From: a virus
Lineage: Duplodnaviria; Caudoviricetes
IMG/VR virus record: IMGVR_UViG_3300037419_001442
Span: 1 to 45,590 of that record
Length of the DNA: 45,590 nt
Reading direction: 5' to 3' (one strand)
Under the pieces are notes generated by a model. That model had not been told where the DNA came from. It did no database searches and worked only from the letters and a program-made list of their open reading frames with translations. Position numbers and translations under genes: made by a program. Of this stretch, positions 20,977 to 30,039 are shown piece by piece. How positions within the stretch are numbered: the stretch's first letter is position 1; each line of letters begins with the position of its first letter.

Positions 20977-21537
20977 TTTGTCCTCCTCTATATCAACAAT
21001 TTCTTCCTCTGCAATAGAGATAAAAACTCCGGAATTTTCGGCAGATTCTAAAATGTCTAACACTCTAGCACCTTTAACACCAGGATTAGTAACCAAATCT
21101 ACACCATTCAATTCCATCTCTAGTACATCATTAACACTTCGGCCATCAATATTCATCTTTTTCATTTTTGCTTTAGAAGCTCTAATTGAAAGCCCTTCTA
21201 CAAACTTACCGCGGATAAGTTCTTGTACGTCTTTTCCAACAGATGTATTAGCTATTTCTGCTTCAATGATAGCATTATTGCCTTCCATATACATATCGGT
21301 AATCTTACCTACTGTTGTTAAAGTTTTATTAGAAGTAAATCCATTAGGATGGTCTGCCATAACTGTTAATGGATAAGCACCATTAGCTTCAATAATACTT
21401 TTAACATTATTAACAGTACTTTCTACTAATGCTCCACTATATCTACGACCATTACCTGAAATACTGTCTTTAATCATTGCAATACCTTTAAATTTAAAAG
21501 GTTTATTATCTACATTTTCTTGAATAATATCAAACAA
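20419..21537 (-). CDS. Prohead protease-scaffold fusion
   Basis: NGRRYS, ADHP, GLSIRA and DLVTNPG protease motifs followed by an E/K coiled coil. TTG start behind GAGGTG. Confidence 0.88.
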   Translation of the reverse strand: MFDIIQENVDNKPFKFKGIAMIKDSISGNGRRYSGALVESTVNNVKSIIEANGAYPLTVMADHPNGFTSNKTLTTVGKITDMYMEGNNAIIEAEIANTSVGKDVQELIRGKFVEGLSIRASKAKMKKMNIDGRSVNDVLEMELNGVDLVTNPGVKGARVLDILESAENSGVFISIAEEEIVDIEEDKMDYSKITLEELKANRKDLVESLKVEFKPVFESELKVNELQESVDNLTSDKTELQGKLDESEKTHKELKESFDAKEAELKEAQKQLQEIKEAEEAAKLAEEKAKREKHIAEKVTELKFADSVKAKIKEEVSTLESIEEIDAKIAEKVEFLNMVIKESTGVDISGKGHSSEKNKKDDQDFMDLVMKY

Positions 21538-21547
21538 ACTTATCACC

Positions 21548-22417
21548 TCATTCTGGAGAATTTTCCCAGCCACTTAAAAATGGAACTAATATACATCTAC
21601 AACTAGAATGTAAAGGAGGAGGAGTTATATCTCCAATTGCATAAATACCAACACCAAAATCTCCACCTTCTGCTGCAGCTCTACAATCTTTACATAATTT
21701 TTCATCATTTACTTCTATCCATTTAGTCATTAATTTAGGTAAGTTATCTCTTTTAGCAACAATATATCTCATTAAAACTCCATGATTTAGAGCTCTATTA
21801 GATTCATTTTGTGCTGTTAATTTAGTTCTATAATTAATATTATTAAAGCTAGAATTAATATACTTACCAATAATAGCTCCATCCAATGCTGTATTAGTTG
21901 TAGAATTTTTATCTGTATTAATTTGTTTTTCAGCATTTCTACTATCTAAACGCTTATTGATAATATAGATACTTGACATATTTTTACCCAAATTACTTAT
22001 TAAGTCATTGTGTTGACTATCAACTACATTCTCAGCATAATTTAATAGAGTATTTAAGACTGATGAATAATCGGGATTAGTTAAATCGGAGTTATATGGG
22101 TCAATTAACTCACGAGAGATTTGAAGGAATTTTTGACCAGTTTCTATTCCGACTTTATAATCATCTCTAATAAAGCCATCAACAAAAGTTTGTTGTTGAA
22201 TTCTGTACTTATCCACAATAGGTTTTATTATTGTTTGAATAAAAGTTGGAATAACAGATATATTTAATCTTCCTGCTAAAAGAATTGCAGCAATAATTTC
22301 TTTATACATATCTTTGTTATTTTGCTCCATTTCTTTCATTCTCTTTTCTTCAATCTTTTTTCTTTTAGCCATAAATGATAATGCTTCATTTTGCATAGTA
22401 TCTATTATACTAGCCAT
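21548..22417 (-). CDS. Minor head protein (Mu gpF / SPP1 gp7-like)
   Basis: TAQNESNRA, W....D...C..C and PPLHSSCRC motifs. Follows the portal. Confidence 0.88.
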   Translation of the reverse strand: MASIIDTMQNEALSFMAKRKKIEEKRMKEMEQNNKDMYKEIIAAILLAGRLNISVIPTFIQTIIKPIVDKYRIQQQTFVDGFIRDDYKVGIETGQKFLQISRELIDPYNSDLTNPDYSSVLNTLLNYAENVVDSQHNDLISNLGKNMSSIYIINKRLDSRNAEKQINTDKNSTTNTALDGAIIGKYINSSFNNINYRTKLTAQNESNRALNHGVLMRYIVAKRDNLPKLMTKWIEVNDEKLCKDCRAAAEGGDFGVGIYAIGDITPPPLHSSCRCILVPFLSGWENSPE

Positions 22418-22433
22418 AATTATTCAACTCTCT

Positions 22434-23813
22434 TTAATTATTAAATGTAGTTTTTTGTGTGCCTTGCCCAGGATTTGTATCAGTTCTTTTTTGATATTTT
22501 ATTTTTTCTTGACTGCTTTGAATTTGGCTTTGAGGGTCCATATTTGGATTAGAAAATTGAGCAGCATTAAAAGATAAGAAATCATATTTTTTCTGCTCTT
22601 CTTCAATTCTTGCCATTTCATCCTCAAAGTTGTATCCCATTTCTTCAGTAGCTGTTTGCTTAGAAATAAATGAACCATTAGATTGAAGAATTAAGCGTTC
22701 AACTTTGGTATTCATATCCTCAATAGTTTTTTCTTTCCATAATAAATCATATTCTACATTTTCTGGGTCAATAGCTTTTAATTTTAGCCCCATATCAAAA
22801 ACATATCTAAATTGTTCACCAATTACTTCATCAATTTCACTTAATAATCGAATATAAGAAACTTCTTGTCTTTCAAGAGTTGCTTTATTTGAATTATCAC
22901 CAATGCCTAATAATCCTTTAGGTGTTCTTAATCCAATAAATAATGCATCTTCAAGATGTTTTACATCATCCATCATAGCTACACCATCATCAGATTTAAG
23001 TACATCAATTTTCCATTTACCATTTGAATAAAAATCTGTACGAACATTCATAGCAGTAGATTTATTCATTTCAATGTACTCATCTACTTCTTCCGGTTCT
23101 AAAGGCTCTTGTGCATCTGCTCCATAATGATGTAGTTTTAATCCTGCTCTTGTACGTCTACGAATAACTAAATCTTCTTCTGTCATTTTTAACTTTTTAT
23201 ATAGTAATCTAATTCCTTTTAACATAGATGTACCATATAGTTGGCCGGTAAAATTATTCCATCTCATGTGAAGAATTTGCCACGGTTCAAACTCAGCAAT
23301 AATTTTACTAGTATCATCTCTTTGAATAAAACCAATGAGATTTCCATAGTCATCTTCTTTTCTTTCAATAGTTTTAGCAGGTAATTTTTTTAAGTCTACA
23401 ATTTCATTTGTATTAAAATCGACAATTACCTCTAAAAATACATCACCAAGAATAAGTAATTCTTTTGCTATTGCTGGAATTTTACTTTTAAGTTTTGTAC
23501 GTTTAATAATATCATTTATAATTTTTTCTGCATCATCAATTACAGAATTTTGCATTTCTTCAATATCATTAAATTTTAAAGTAAAAGAACCATTAGTAGC
23601 AGAACCTGCTGTAGTATCAATTGCTGCAGAAATTCTAGCATCTTCATTATACATTACCCAGCATTCTTGATATATTTTTTTTCTATCTATTTCTACTGCC
23701 ATTTGGGCATATAAACGATTCATTTGGTTTGGATAAGTTTTTCCAGTCCCTTTAGAATCGTTATTAGTAAAACTTTTAAAAAAATCTGTTATTTTACTAA
23801 AAGGATTTGCCAT
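22434..23813 (-). CDS. Portal protein
   Basis: GDVFLE, WQILHMR, YGTSML, EEDLVIRRRTRA and L.TPKGLLG motifs. Start moved to MANPFSK behind AAGGAG. Confidence 0.9.
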   Translation of the reverse strand: MANPFSKITDFFKSFTNNDSKGTGKTYPNQMNRLYAQMAVEIDRKKIYQECWVMYNEDARISAAIDTTAGSATNGSFTLKFNDIEEMQNSVIDDAEKIINDIIKRTKLKSKIPAIAKELLILGDVFLEVIVDFNTNEIVDLKKLPAKTIERKEDDYGNLIGFIQRDDTSKIIAEFEPWQILHMRWNNFTGQLYGTSMLKGIRLLYKKLKMTEEDLVIRRRTRAGLKLHHYGADAQEPLEPEEVDEYIEMNKSTAMNVRTDFYSNGKWKIDVLKSDDGVAMMDDVKHLEDALFIGLRTPKGLLGIGDNSNKATLERQEVSYIRLLSEIDEVIGEQFRYVFDMGLKLKAIDPENVEYDLLWKEKTIEDMNTKVERLILQSNGSFISKQTATEEMGYNFEDEMARIEEEQKKYDFLSFNAAQFSNPNMDPQSQIQSSQEKIKYQKRTDTNPGQGTQKTTFNN

Positions 23814-23832
23814 AATATCATACTCCTTATCG

Positions 23833-23860
23833 AAAAAATGGGTGCCCTTATGGACACCCA
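23833..23860 (-). terminator. Terminator-like hairpin between terminase and portal
   Basis: Minus strand TGGGTGTCC-ATAA-GGGCACCCA-TTTTTT. Confidence 0.7.
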
Positions 23861-23890
23861 AAGAGGAATGGAAAGAATACCTTACTGTAA

Positions 23891-23919
23891 TATAATGGTA
23901 CTTTTCCAAGATGTTATAC
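23891..23919 (-). promoter_or_regulatory. Candidate sigma-G/F-type late promoter for the head operon
   Basis: Minus strand GTATA-N17-CATTATA matches the Bacillus sigma-G pattern GNATA-N17/18-CATWHTA. Confidence 0.5.
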
Positions 23920-23927
23920 TTAATTTT

Positions 23928-25655
23928 TTAATCATCGTCAAAATGGTTATCATTTATTTTAAATAGTTCACTCCAATCTTGCGTTTTAATTTTAATTGTG
24001 CTTTTTACTTTACTTTTTCTTCTATCATATGCAAGCCAAGCATATACAAGAGATTGGTATCCGTCATCTGGATTACTGTGTAAATATCTTGTATAACCAG
24101 TATTTCCTGATGTAGGTTCAACCCATTCTGCTTCTAATGATGTTAAATGTTCAAATAACCATCCTAATCTATCTGTTACTTGAATAGTCATCTTGTCATA
24201 AGGAATTACTATTTTTTTCTTGTGGAATAAATCAATAACCTTTTCAATATGATAACTCCTATCACAAGTATGGATTCTCGTTTTTCTATCCCATTTATAA
24301 GGAGTTTTAAGAGCTAATACATATTGACAAGCAGCAACTGTATTTGGATATTCAACTAATAATTCCTCAAACTGTCTTCTTGCATCCCCAATATCTATTA
24401 CGATATTTTCAACATTAAATGCTTTAATTAAAGTATGCATATCACTCATTACTTTTCCATAACCTGATGCATTATATTTTTGAACATATCTATAAACTAG
24501 CTTTTCTTCCCCATCAATAACTTCTGGGCCAATAATTGTTATAATAGAGAATGAATTATTACCAGAACCCCAGTCAACTCCCATAAAATTAGGTCCTTTA
24601 TGACCTTTATCTGGCAATCTTAATGTAGCATTAGTACAATCCATAATATTTTGCATATCTAGTGTTTTACCAAATACATTATGGAATTCTCCTAATACCT
24701 CATTATTAAATTTCATATCGGAATAAGTTGCACGCTTATAAAGAATTTGGTCTGCACTTATCCAAGAACACATTAACTGTGTAATATGGTAACCAGACAT
24801 TTTAGCACTTTCTTTATTTTCTGCTATCCATTCACCTTTACCTCTATCTAATTCTTTCTTACATTTAGTGCATCCAAAGTAAGCTGGAGTATTTTCATTT
24901 TTCTTAATAATATTATTCATTGTTACTTTCTGTTTATGACCACACTTAGGATTCTGGCATTCAACATACCATTCTTTCTTATCAGACATTTCCCATAGTC
25001 TATGGAATTCAGAACCACTATTTTTAGGTGTACCAAAATGAAACATTTGGCCTCCACCTTTTGCGTGTCCAAGGCACTCTTCAACCGTTTCTCTTGAAGC
25101 CCCTGTCATATCTTGCACTTCATCTGCATAAACCCTTTGAGCTGCAATACCACGAATAGCATCACCATCTGCCCAACAGCTATATAGATACATATTACAT
25201 TTAGAATCAAATTGAACAAATGAAGATGTATCTTTACCTTTTTTTAGGATAGAATCTTTTAATGCCCCACCTTGTGAATCCCTCATTGCATTCTTTACAC
25301 GTTCTGCAGAAAAACGAGTAACCTGCTCTTGTCTTGGAGCAGTATATAATGCAGTTAAGCCTTCATTTGTACACATATCTGCAAGAATTTTATTACGACA
25401 CATTGTAGATTTTTCTACCTGACGACCTGTAACTACTACAATCCTTGGATGTTGGTCCCTATAAAGGGGAAATAGATAGTTCCTATATTCCCCTTTTTCC
25501 GGTTTATCAAATCTAAATGGTACAATTCCTTCATCACCATCTGGAACTGTTAAAAACGCTTCTGTAAATACAACAGGGTCTGTAACTGCTACAGGGTCAT
25601 CTTCTAAAGCATCATGTACGCTATGATAATAATTACCTTTATATTCAAAAGACAT
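23928..25655 (-). CDS. terL: Terminase large subunit (lambda gpA-like, with Zn ribbon)
   Basis: GRQVEKST (Walker A variant), YADEVQD (Walker B), GTP coupling motif, C..C...C..C, FNNEVLG and MGVDWG nuclease motif. Confidence 0.93.
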   Translation of the reverse strand: MSFEYKGNYYHSVHDALEDDPVAVTDPVVFTEAFLTVPDGDEGIVPFRFDKPEKGEYRNYLFPLYRDQHPRIVVVTGRQVEKSTMCRNKILADMCTNEGLTALYTAPRQEQVTRFSAERVKNAMRDSQGGALKDSILKKGKDTSSFVQFDSKCNMYLYSCWADGDAIRGIAAQRVYADEVQDMTGASRETVEECLGHAKGGGQMFHFGTPKNSGSEFHRLWEMSDKKEWYVECQNPKCGHKQKVTMNNIIKKNENTPAYFGCTKCKKELDRGKGEWIAENKESAKMSGYHITQLMCSWISADQILYKRATYSDMKFNNEVLGEFHNVFGKTLDMQNIMDCTNATLRLPDKGHKGPNFMGVDWGSGNNSFSIITIIGPEVIDGEEKLVYRYVQKYNASGYGKVMSDMHTLIKAFNVENIVIDIGDARRQFEELLVEYPNTVAACQYVLALKTPYKWDRKTRIHTCDRSYHIEKVIDLFHKKKIVIPYDKMTIQVTDRLGWLFEHLTSLEAEWVEPTSGNTGYTRYLHSNPDDGYQSLVYAWLAYDRRKSKVKSTIKIKTQDWSELFKINDNHFDDD

Positions 25656-25661
25656 TAAGCA

Positions 25662-25922
25662 TCATTCCTCTTCTTCTTCTTCAACATATTCTGCATGTGG
25701 TAAGTTAGCTGAATCCCTAAATGATTCCCCTTCAATCTCAAACTTAACATAATGTCCATGATTGTTTATATCACTAATTACCTTAATAGAATTTATTTCA
25801 ATTAAAAATAATTGATAGAATGCTAATCCAATAAGTTTTTGTACATCTTTTATTGGAAGTGTGGAAAAATCTTGACTCCATTCTTTATTTAGAATGTCTC
25901 TCCAATGTTCTTTATTCTCCAT
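25662..25922 (-). CDS. Hypothetical protein
   Basis: 86 aa, coupled between the putative terS and terL. Confidence 0.65.
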   Translation of the reverse strand: MENKEHWRDILNKEWSQDFSTLPIKDVQKLIGLAFYQLFLIEINSIKVISDINNHGHYVKFEIEGESFRDSANLPHAEYVEEEEEE

Positions 25923-26454
25923 TGTTTTCCATCTCCCTTTTCTTTTTCTTCATAGCACTAAGTAATTTAGCAACAGAAGAATCGTCTGAAGCACCTTCCT
26001 TTTCTTTTAATTTTTCCAAAGTTTCAATAGTTGCCCTAATCTCTTGCCAAATCCCTCTAGCAGCATGAGATGCAACTAATGGCTCATAACTTTGTAATTT
26101 CATCAAATATTCTCTCATATCATTAATATTGTTATATAATAATGAAATATGGTTAATAGCTTTAATCTCTGCTAAATGCATATTTCTCTGTGTTTCCATT
26201 AATTTTTGTTCAGTTTCATAATCTTCTGCTTGTGCTAATTCATTTTGTTTTTCTTTAATTATTTTACCTGCTTGAGCTTCTACATCAAAAAATGTTTTCT
26301 TATATTCATTAATTGTAGCATAAGAAATCTCTTCTCCTCTAGTTTTTAGCCAATTGGCTATAGACCTTGGAGATTGACCAAGAGCCAATCTTTTTTCAAC
26401 CTCGTCCTTGTATGGTGACATAAAGACTTTATTTTTTGAAATATCTTTGGCCAT
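25912..26454 (-). CDS. Terminase small subunit (putative)
   Basis: N-terminal HTH-like segment (LGQSPRSIANWL..ISYATI) plus coiled coil, upstream of terL. Confidence 0.6.
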   Translation of the reverse strand: MAKDISKNKVFMSPYKDEVEKRLALGQSPRSIANWLKTRGEEISYATINEYKKTFFDVEAQAGKIIKEKQNELAQAEDYETEQKLMETQRNMHLAEIKAINHISLLYNNINDMREYLMKLQSYEPLVASHAARGIWQEIRATIETLEKLKEKEGASDDSSVAKLLSAMKKKKREMENNGE

Positions 26455-26745
26455 TTACAACACAACCTTAACTCTTTTATGGTCTCTATTAACCATAGGT
26501 AAAATAATGTCATTATAAGTTTTTAAACTGCATTCATCACTTAAAAATACTAAATCCGCTCTCATTCCTCTCATATTATTTTCTAGTGATAAAGAACAAA
26601 CTTTAATTTCACAAGTATCACTCTCAAAAATAGTTGGAGAAGTCTTTTTTAAATAAGGCATTAAAGGCAAAATATTTTCCTCTATATAAATAACTCCTCT
26701 TTCAATATATGGAAAAACTACTAAAAATCTATCTTTTTTACCCAT
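26455..26745 (-). CDS. Hypothetical protein resembling a terminase ATPase fragment
   Basis: MRGMRADLVFLSDE..IILPM, with a GGAGTG RBS. Confidence 0.6.
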   Translation of the reverse strand: MGKKDRFLVVFPYIERGVIYIEENILPLMPYLKKTSPTIFESDTCEIKVCSLSLENNMRGMRADLVFLSDECSLKTYNDIILPMVNRDHKRVKVVL

Positions 26746-26755
26746 TTTATCACTC

Positions 26756-28066
26756 CTATAAAATATCTGCTGCCATATCAGCTAATGGTGAACGAACACC
26801 TTTTATTAATTCAATATGTCCTGCAAGATTTTTATCTTTAAACTTTTCAATTGTATATGTTAAACCGTTATTAAATTTATCCAAATAAGGAACATCTATT
26901 TGTGCTGGGTCTCCCATAATAACAATTTTAGAACCTTCGCCCATTCGTGTAATAGTTGTTTTAATTTCATGCTTAGTTAAATTTTGTGCCTCATCCAAAA
27001 TAAAGTATTGCCCCGGTAATGAACGACCACGAATATAGTTTAATGCATCAATTTGAAATTCGTCTTGAAATCCTTGTAATGCATCTTTCATTTGTTCACT
27101 ACCGCCATAAATGTATTCTAATGCATCAAAGAATGACTGAACATAAGGTGCCAATTTTTCATCTTTATCACCTGGAAGAAATCCTAATCCTCTTCCCATA
27201 TCTACTGTTGGTGTAGCGCATGTAATTCTACTATAATATAATCCACCTTTTTCATCTCTTACGTCTCCTTGAACTAAAGCCAATGCTGCAGCAAGAGTAA
27301 TTAATGTTTTACCGCTACCTGCTTTACCTGTTAAAGATACTAAAGGAATTTCTGGGTCTAATAAAAGATGCATTGCCATTAACTGTTGTAAATTTTTAGG
27401 ACTTATTCCATATACTGAATCTATCTCATAAATCAATTCAATACAAAGATTTCTTTTATCAACTTTACCGATTAGATATTTAGAATTATTTGAATATGGT
27501 CGTAGAATAAAGAACATATGAGGATAAGTCTTAATATAATTGAAATGATTCAATGATAGAAATTTTTCTGAATACAATGTATTAATAAGTTCATCCTCTA
27601 CATTTAGCTCTAAATAACCCTTATAGAAATCATCTGAAGTATTTCCGTGAATTTCTTGGGTTAAACCAGTAGCCTCTATGTGAGCTAAATTCCTAGCTTT
27701 AATCCTGACCGCCATATCATTTGAAAGAAGGACTACTTTATGATTTTTATTTAGGCATTTAGCAGTATGAATAATAATATTATCATTAGTTCTACCACCA
27801 AGATAAAATAAATCACTATCTTTATAAGCTTCACTTATAAACATTACATGACAGTTTTTATCAGTCATATAGTTTGTTTCATGCAACTTATCCAAAATAC
27901 GATTAAATATTCTTACTTGCATTCCTAATTCTTTATCATATTTATGTTTATCAAGTTCTTCTAATACTACTCCAGGTATATAAATATTACAATTATCGAA
28001 TTTATTCAAAATGTATGGTTCGTTAAAAACAATATTAGTATCTAATAAATAGTTATCTTGGACCAT
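26756..28066 (-). CDS. phoH: PIN-PhoH ATPase (PhoH2/YlaK-like)
   Basis: LLDTN, VLEELDKHK, NDNII and LLSND (PIN); GKAGSGKT, LGFLPG, RGRSL, DEAQN, TRMGEGSK and GDPAQID (PhoH). Start behind AGGAGG. Confidence 0.93.
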   Translation of the reverse strand: MVQDNYLLDTNIVFNEPYILNKFDNCNIYIPGVVLEELDKHKYDKELGMQVRIFNRILDKLHETNYMTDKNCHVMFISEAYKDSDLFYLGGRTNDNIIIHTAKCLNKNHKVVLLSNDMAVRIKARNLAHIEATGLTQEIHGNTSDDFYKGYLELNVEDELINTLYSEKFLSLNHFNYIKTYPHMFFILRPYSNNSKYLIGKVDKRNLCIELIYEIDSVYGISPKNLQQLMAMHLLLDPEIPLVSLTGKAGSGKTLITLAAALALVQGDVRDEKGGLYYSRITCATPTVDMGRGLGFLPGDKDEKLAPYVQSFFDALEYIYGGSEQMKDALQGFQDEFQIDALNYIRGRSLPGQYFILDEAQNLTKHEIKTTITRMGEGSKIVIMGDPAQIDVPYLDKFNNGLTYTIEKFKDKNLAGHIELIKGVRSPLADMAADIL

Positions 28067-28263
28067 AAAATTCCTCCTACAAAGCAAAAGTAAACCTATA
28101 TATATTAAGGTTCAATGGTATAATTTACCTTATTAGTTTTAATATTCCATTTTACATTTTTATATAGATATATAATTGTATTATAAAATATGAATATTTA
28201 AAATTTTCAAAAAATTTAGAATATTAGTGTTTATAACCAGTTACAGTTGGATATAATGATAAT

Positions 28264-28515
28264 ATAAGATGAAGTTAAGAAATAAATTTTTATTTGCTCC
28301 ATATTAATAGGGAGGAGATGAAAATAACAGGACTTATTTCTTAACTTCTACATATTTTTTTATCAGTTAAAAAAATAAATGTCCTGTTTTATTTTTTGAC
28401 ACTACTATAAATGTGTATGTTCTAGGCTGCTGAAAAGTTGTTATTTCTCATGATTAACAATCATAAAGGCCTCGCAGAGAAACAAAAGAACTTATCCAAT
28501 AAACTAAAGGATAAA
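28264..28515 (+). ncRNA. Candidate structured non-coding RNA
   Basis: TTTATA-N16-TATAAT at 28230-28257, then a perfect 15-bp stem (28271-85/28334-48) with further nested and crossing helices. No substantial ORF. Confidence 0.5.
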
Positions 28516-28518
28516 CAC

Positions 28519-28544
28519 AAAAAAAAGAACCTAAAATTAGGTTC
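28519..28544 (-). terminator. Terminator ending the sigma-spoIIID-RNase H operon
   Basis: GAACCTAA-N-TTAGGTTC stem with an A8 run on its left. Confidence 0.75.
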
Positions 28545-28932
28545 CCAATAAACTTACTTTACTTAATATAATTTTCATCATCATTAACATTCCTGTTGTA
28601 GTGATAGGTACTACTGGTAAAACACTAATTTTCGGTAATTCAAAATGATGTTTTGGAGTAGATATAGTAGGTTTAATTTCTTGGCCATTAATTTTAACTG
28701 TTAAATCATGTACTTGGTCAGATAATAAGTTATTAGATTCTTTTAATAGATTTACTTGTTGATTCATATGGTCTATATATTGACCTTGTTCATTGACTTT
28801 ATCAATTAATAATAGATAATCATGATAGAAATTTTCTAAGAACTGAAGTATTAAGAATAGAATAATCATTATTAGAGTCCACTTAAAAAATGTTTTAAGT
28901 CTTTTCCAAAATTTATTCTTATTCTTTTTCAT
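28537..28932 (-). CDS. Membrane-anchored coiled-coil protein
   Basis: Basic N-terminus, TM helix, heptad coiled coil and hydrophobic C-terminus. Confidence 0.7.
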   Translation of the reverse strand: MKKNKNKFWKRLKTFFKWTLIMIILFLILQFLENFYHDYLLLIDKVNEQGQYIDHMNQQVNLLKESNNLLSDQVHDLTVKINGQEIKPTISTPKHHFELPKISVLPVVPITTTGMLMMMKIILSKVSLLGT

Positions 28933-29363
28933 GATTTAACTACCTCTCCTTCTTTTAAACTCTTACCATTTTTAGCAGGTTTATCTGCTAGATTTAACTC
29001 CCTTGGAATATAAACTACTTCTACTTTATATCCTCTTTCTTTTAACCATTCTATTCTATTATTAGCTGTTTTTAATAAAGGCTTTAATTTTTCATCTTTA
29101 CATTTCCAATTCCCATTAATTTGTTGAACCATTAAATTAGAATCAGAATGAATTGTTGTATCCATTAACTGTTCTTCCTTTATAATTACTAATGATTTTA
29201 ATAAGGCAGAATACTCTGCCTCATTATTAGTTATATTTCCTCCTCCAATAGAATATACTGAAGGTTTTTTACCTTGCCATTCAATTACTATTCCTAATCC
29301 CGCTTTTTGTTCTTTAGTACCATTACCAGTACAAGCTCCGTCAGTGAACAAATTAATTCCCAC
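28929..29363 (-). CDS. rnhA: Ribonuclease HI
   Basis: FTDGAC.GN, TNNEAEY, SDSNLMVQQING.W and IPRELN.AD motifs. Confidence 0.92.
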   Translation of the reverse strand: MGINLFTDGACTGNGTKEQKAGLGIVIEWQGKKPSVYSIGGGNITNNEAEYSALLKSLVIIKEEQLMDTTIHSDSNLMVQQINGNWKCKDEKLKPLLKTANNRIEWLKERGYKVEVVYIPRELNLADKPAKNGKSLKEGEVVKS

Positions 29364-29364
29364 A

Positions 29365-29619
29365 CTATTTCTTCCCTTCTATAACCATTTTTTCTAATTT
29401 AAATGTTTCTTTTACAATATTATCAATAGAAATTGTTACATGGTCCATTGAATTATTTTTTTCATTATAATATGCAACAATAATAGATAAAGGTTTTACA
29501 CTTACAACAACACAAGGAGTATTTATTTCATAAAAGCCATTATATTTCTGTTTAGTTAACCAATAAGCTTGACCAGGTTTAATTTCATTAGTATCAAATT
29601 GCGGTTTATTTACTATCAT
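29365..29619 (-). CDS. Hypothetical protein
   Basis: Open frame. Start moved to MIVNKPQ behind AAAGGA; the track start at 29700 is also possible. Confidence 0.65.
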   Translation of the reverse strand: MIVNKPQFDTNEIKPGQAYWLTKQKYNGFYEINTPCVVVSVKPLSIIVAYYNEKNNSMDHVTISIDNIVKETFKLEKMVIEGKK

Positions 29620-29774
29620 TTTTATCTTCCTTTCTCTTTTCTCCAGTATTTCTTTCCATAATTGTCTTTCACTAAACTTTTCTTCATGGGGATAAACCAT
29701 AAGTTTATATTCCTTTCATTCCCATTTATACATTGCATATATTAAAAGTGAAACTAATCCAATTAATAAGTATA

Positions 29775-30038
29775 TCACTTTTTCTTTTTCTCCCAATACT
29801 TTCTACAAGATTCTCCACCACGAATATGTTTTACCGCAAAATTATAATTTAATTTTTGTTCAACTTTTTCAAAAAGAGCTGGGTGAATTTCTTTTAATCT
29901 ATGCAAATCCAAATGAACTGTAGATTTATTACTACCTGTTTCTTTTGCTACGCTTCTAATAGTTGCATTCTTTTCAATAAATAATTTACCATGTTTGATT
30001 GCTCTTTTTTCAATTTCACTTTGTTTAGTCATAAGCAT
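29775..30038 (-). CDS. spoIIID: SpoIIID-like sporulation transcription factor
   Basis: ATIRSVAKETG.NKSTVHLDL.RL.EI.P.L...V...L.YN...KHIRGGE is colinear with the SpoIIID signature TVR..AK.FG.SKSTVH.DL..RL...RH.RGG. Confidence 0.93.
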   Translation of the reverse strand: MLMTKQSEIEKRAIKHGKLFIEKNATIRSVAKETGSNKSTVHLDLHRLKEIHPALFEKVEQKLNYNFAVKHIRGGESCRKYWEKKKK

Positions 30039-30039
30039 T

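Noticed and set aside
28318-28344. 8-aa peptide MKITGLIS behind GGAGGAG
   Set aside because: The SD is only about 2 nt from the ATG and is buried in a stem. It is better explained as part of the RNA structure, though a leader peptide is not excluded.
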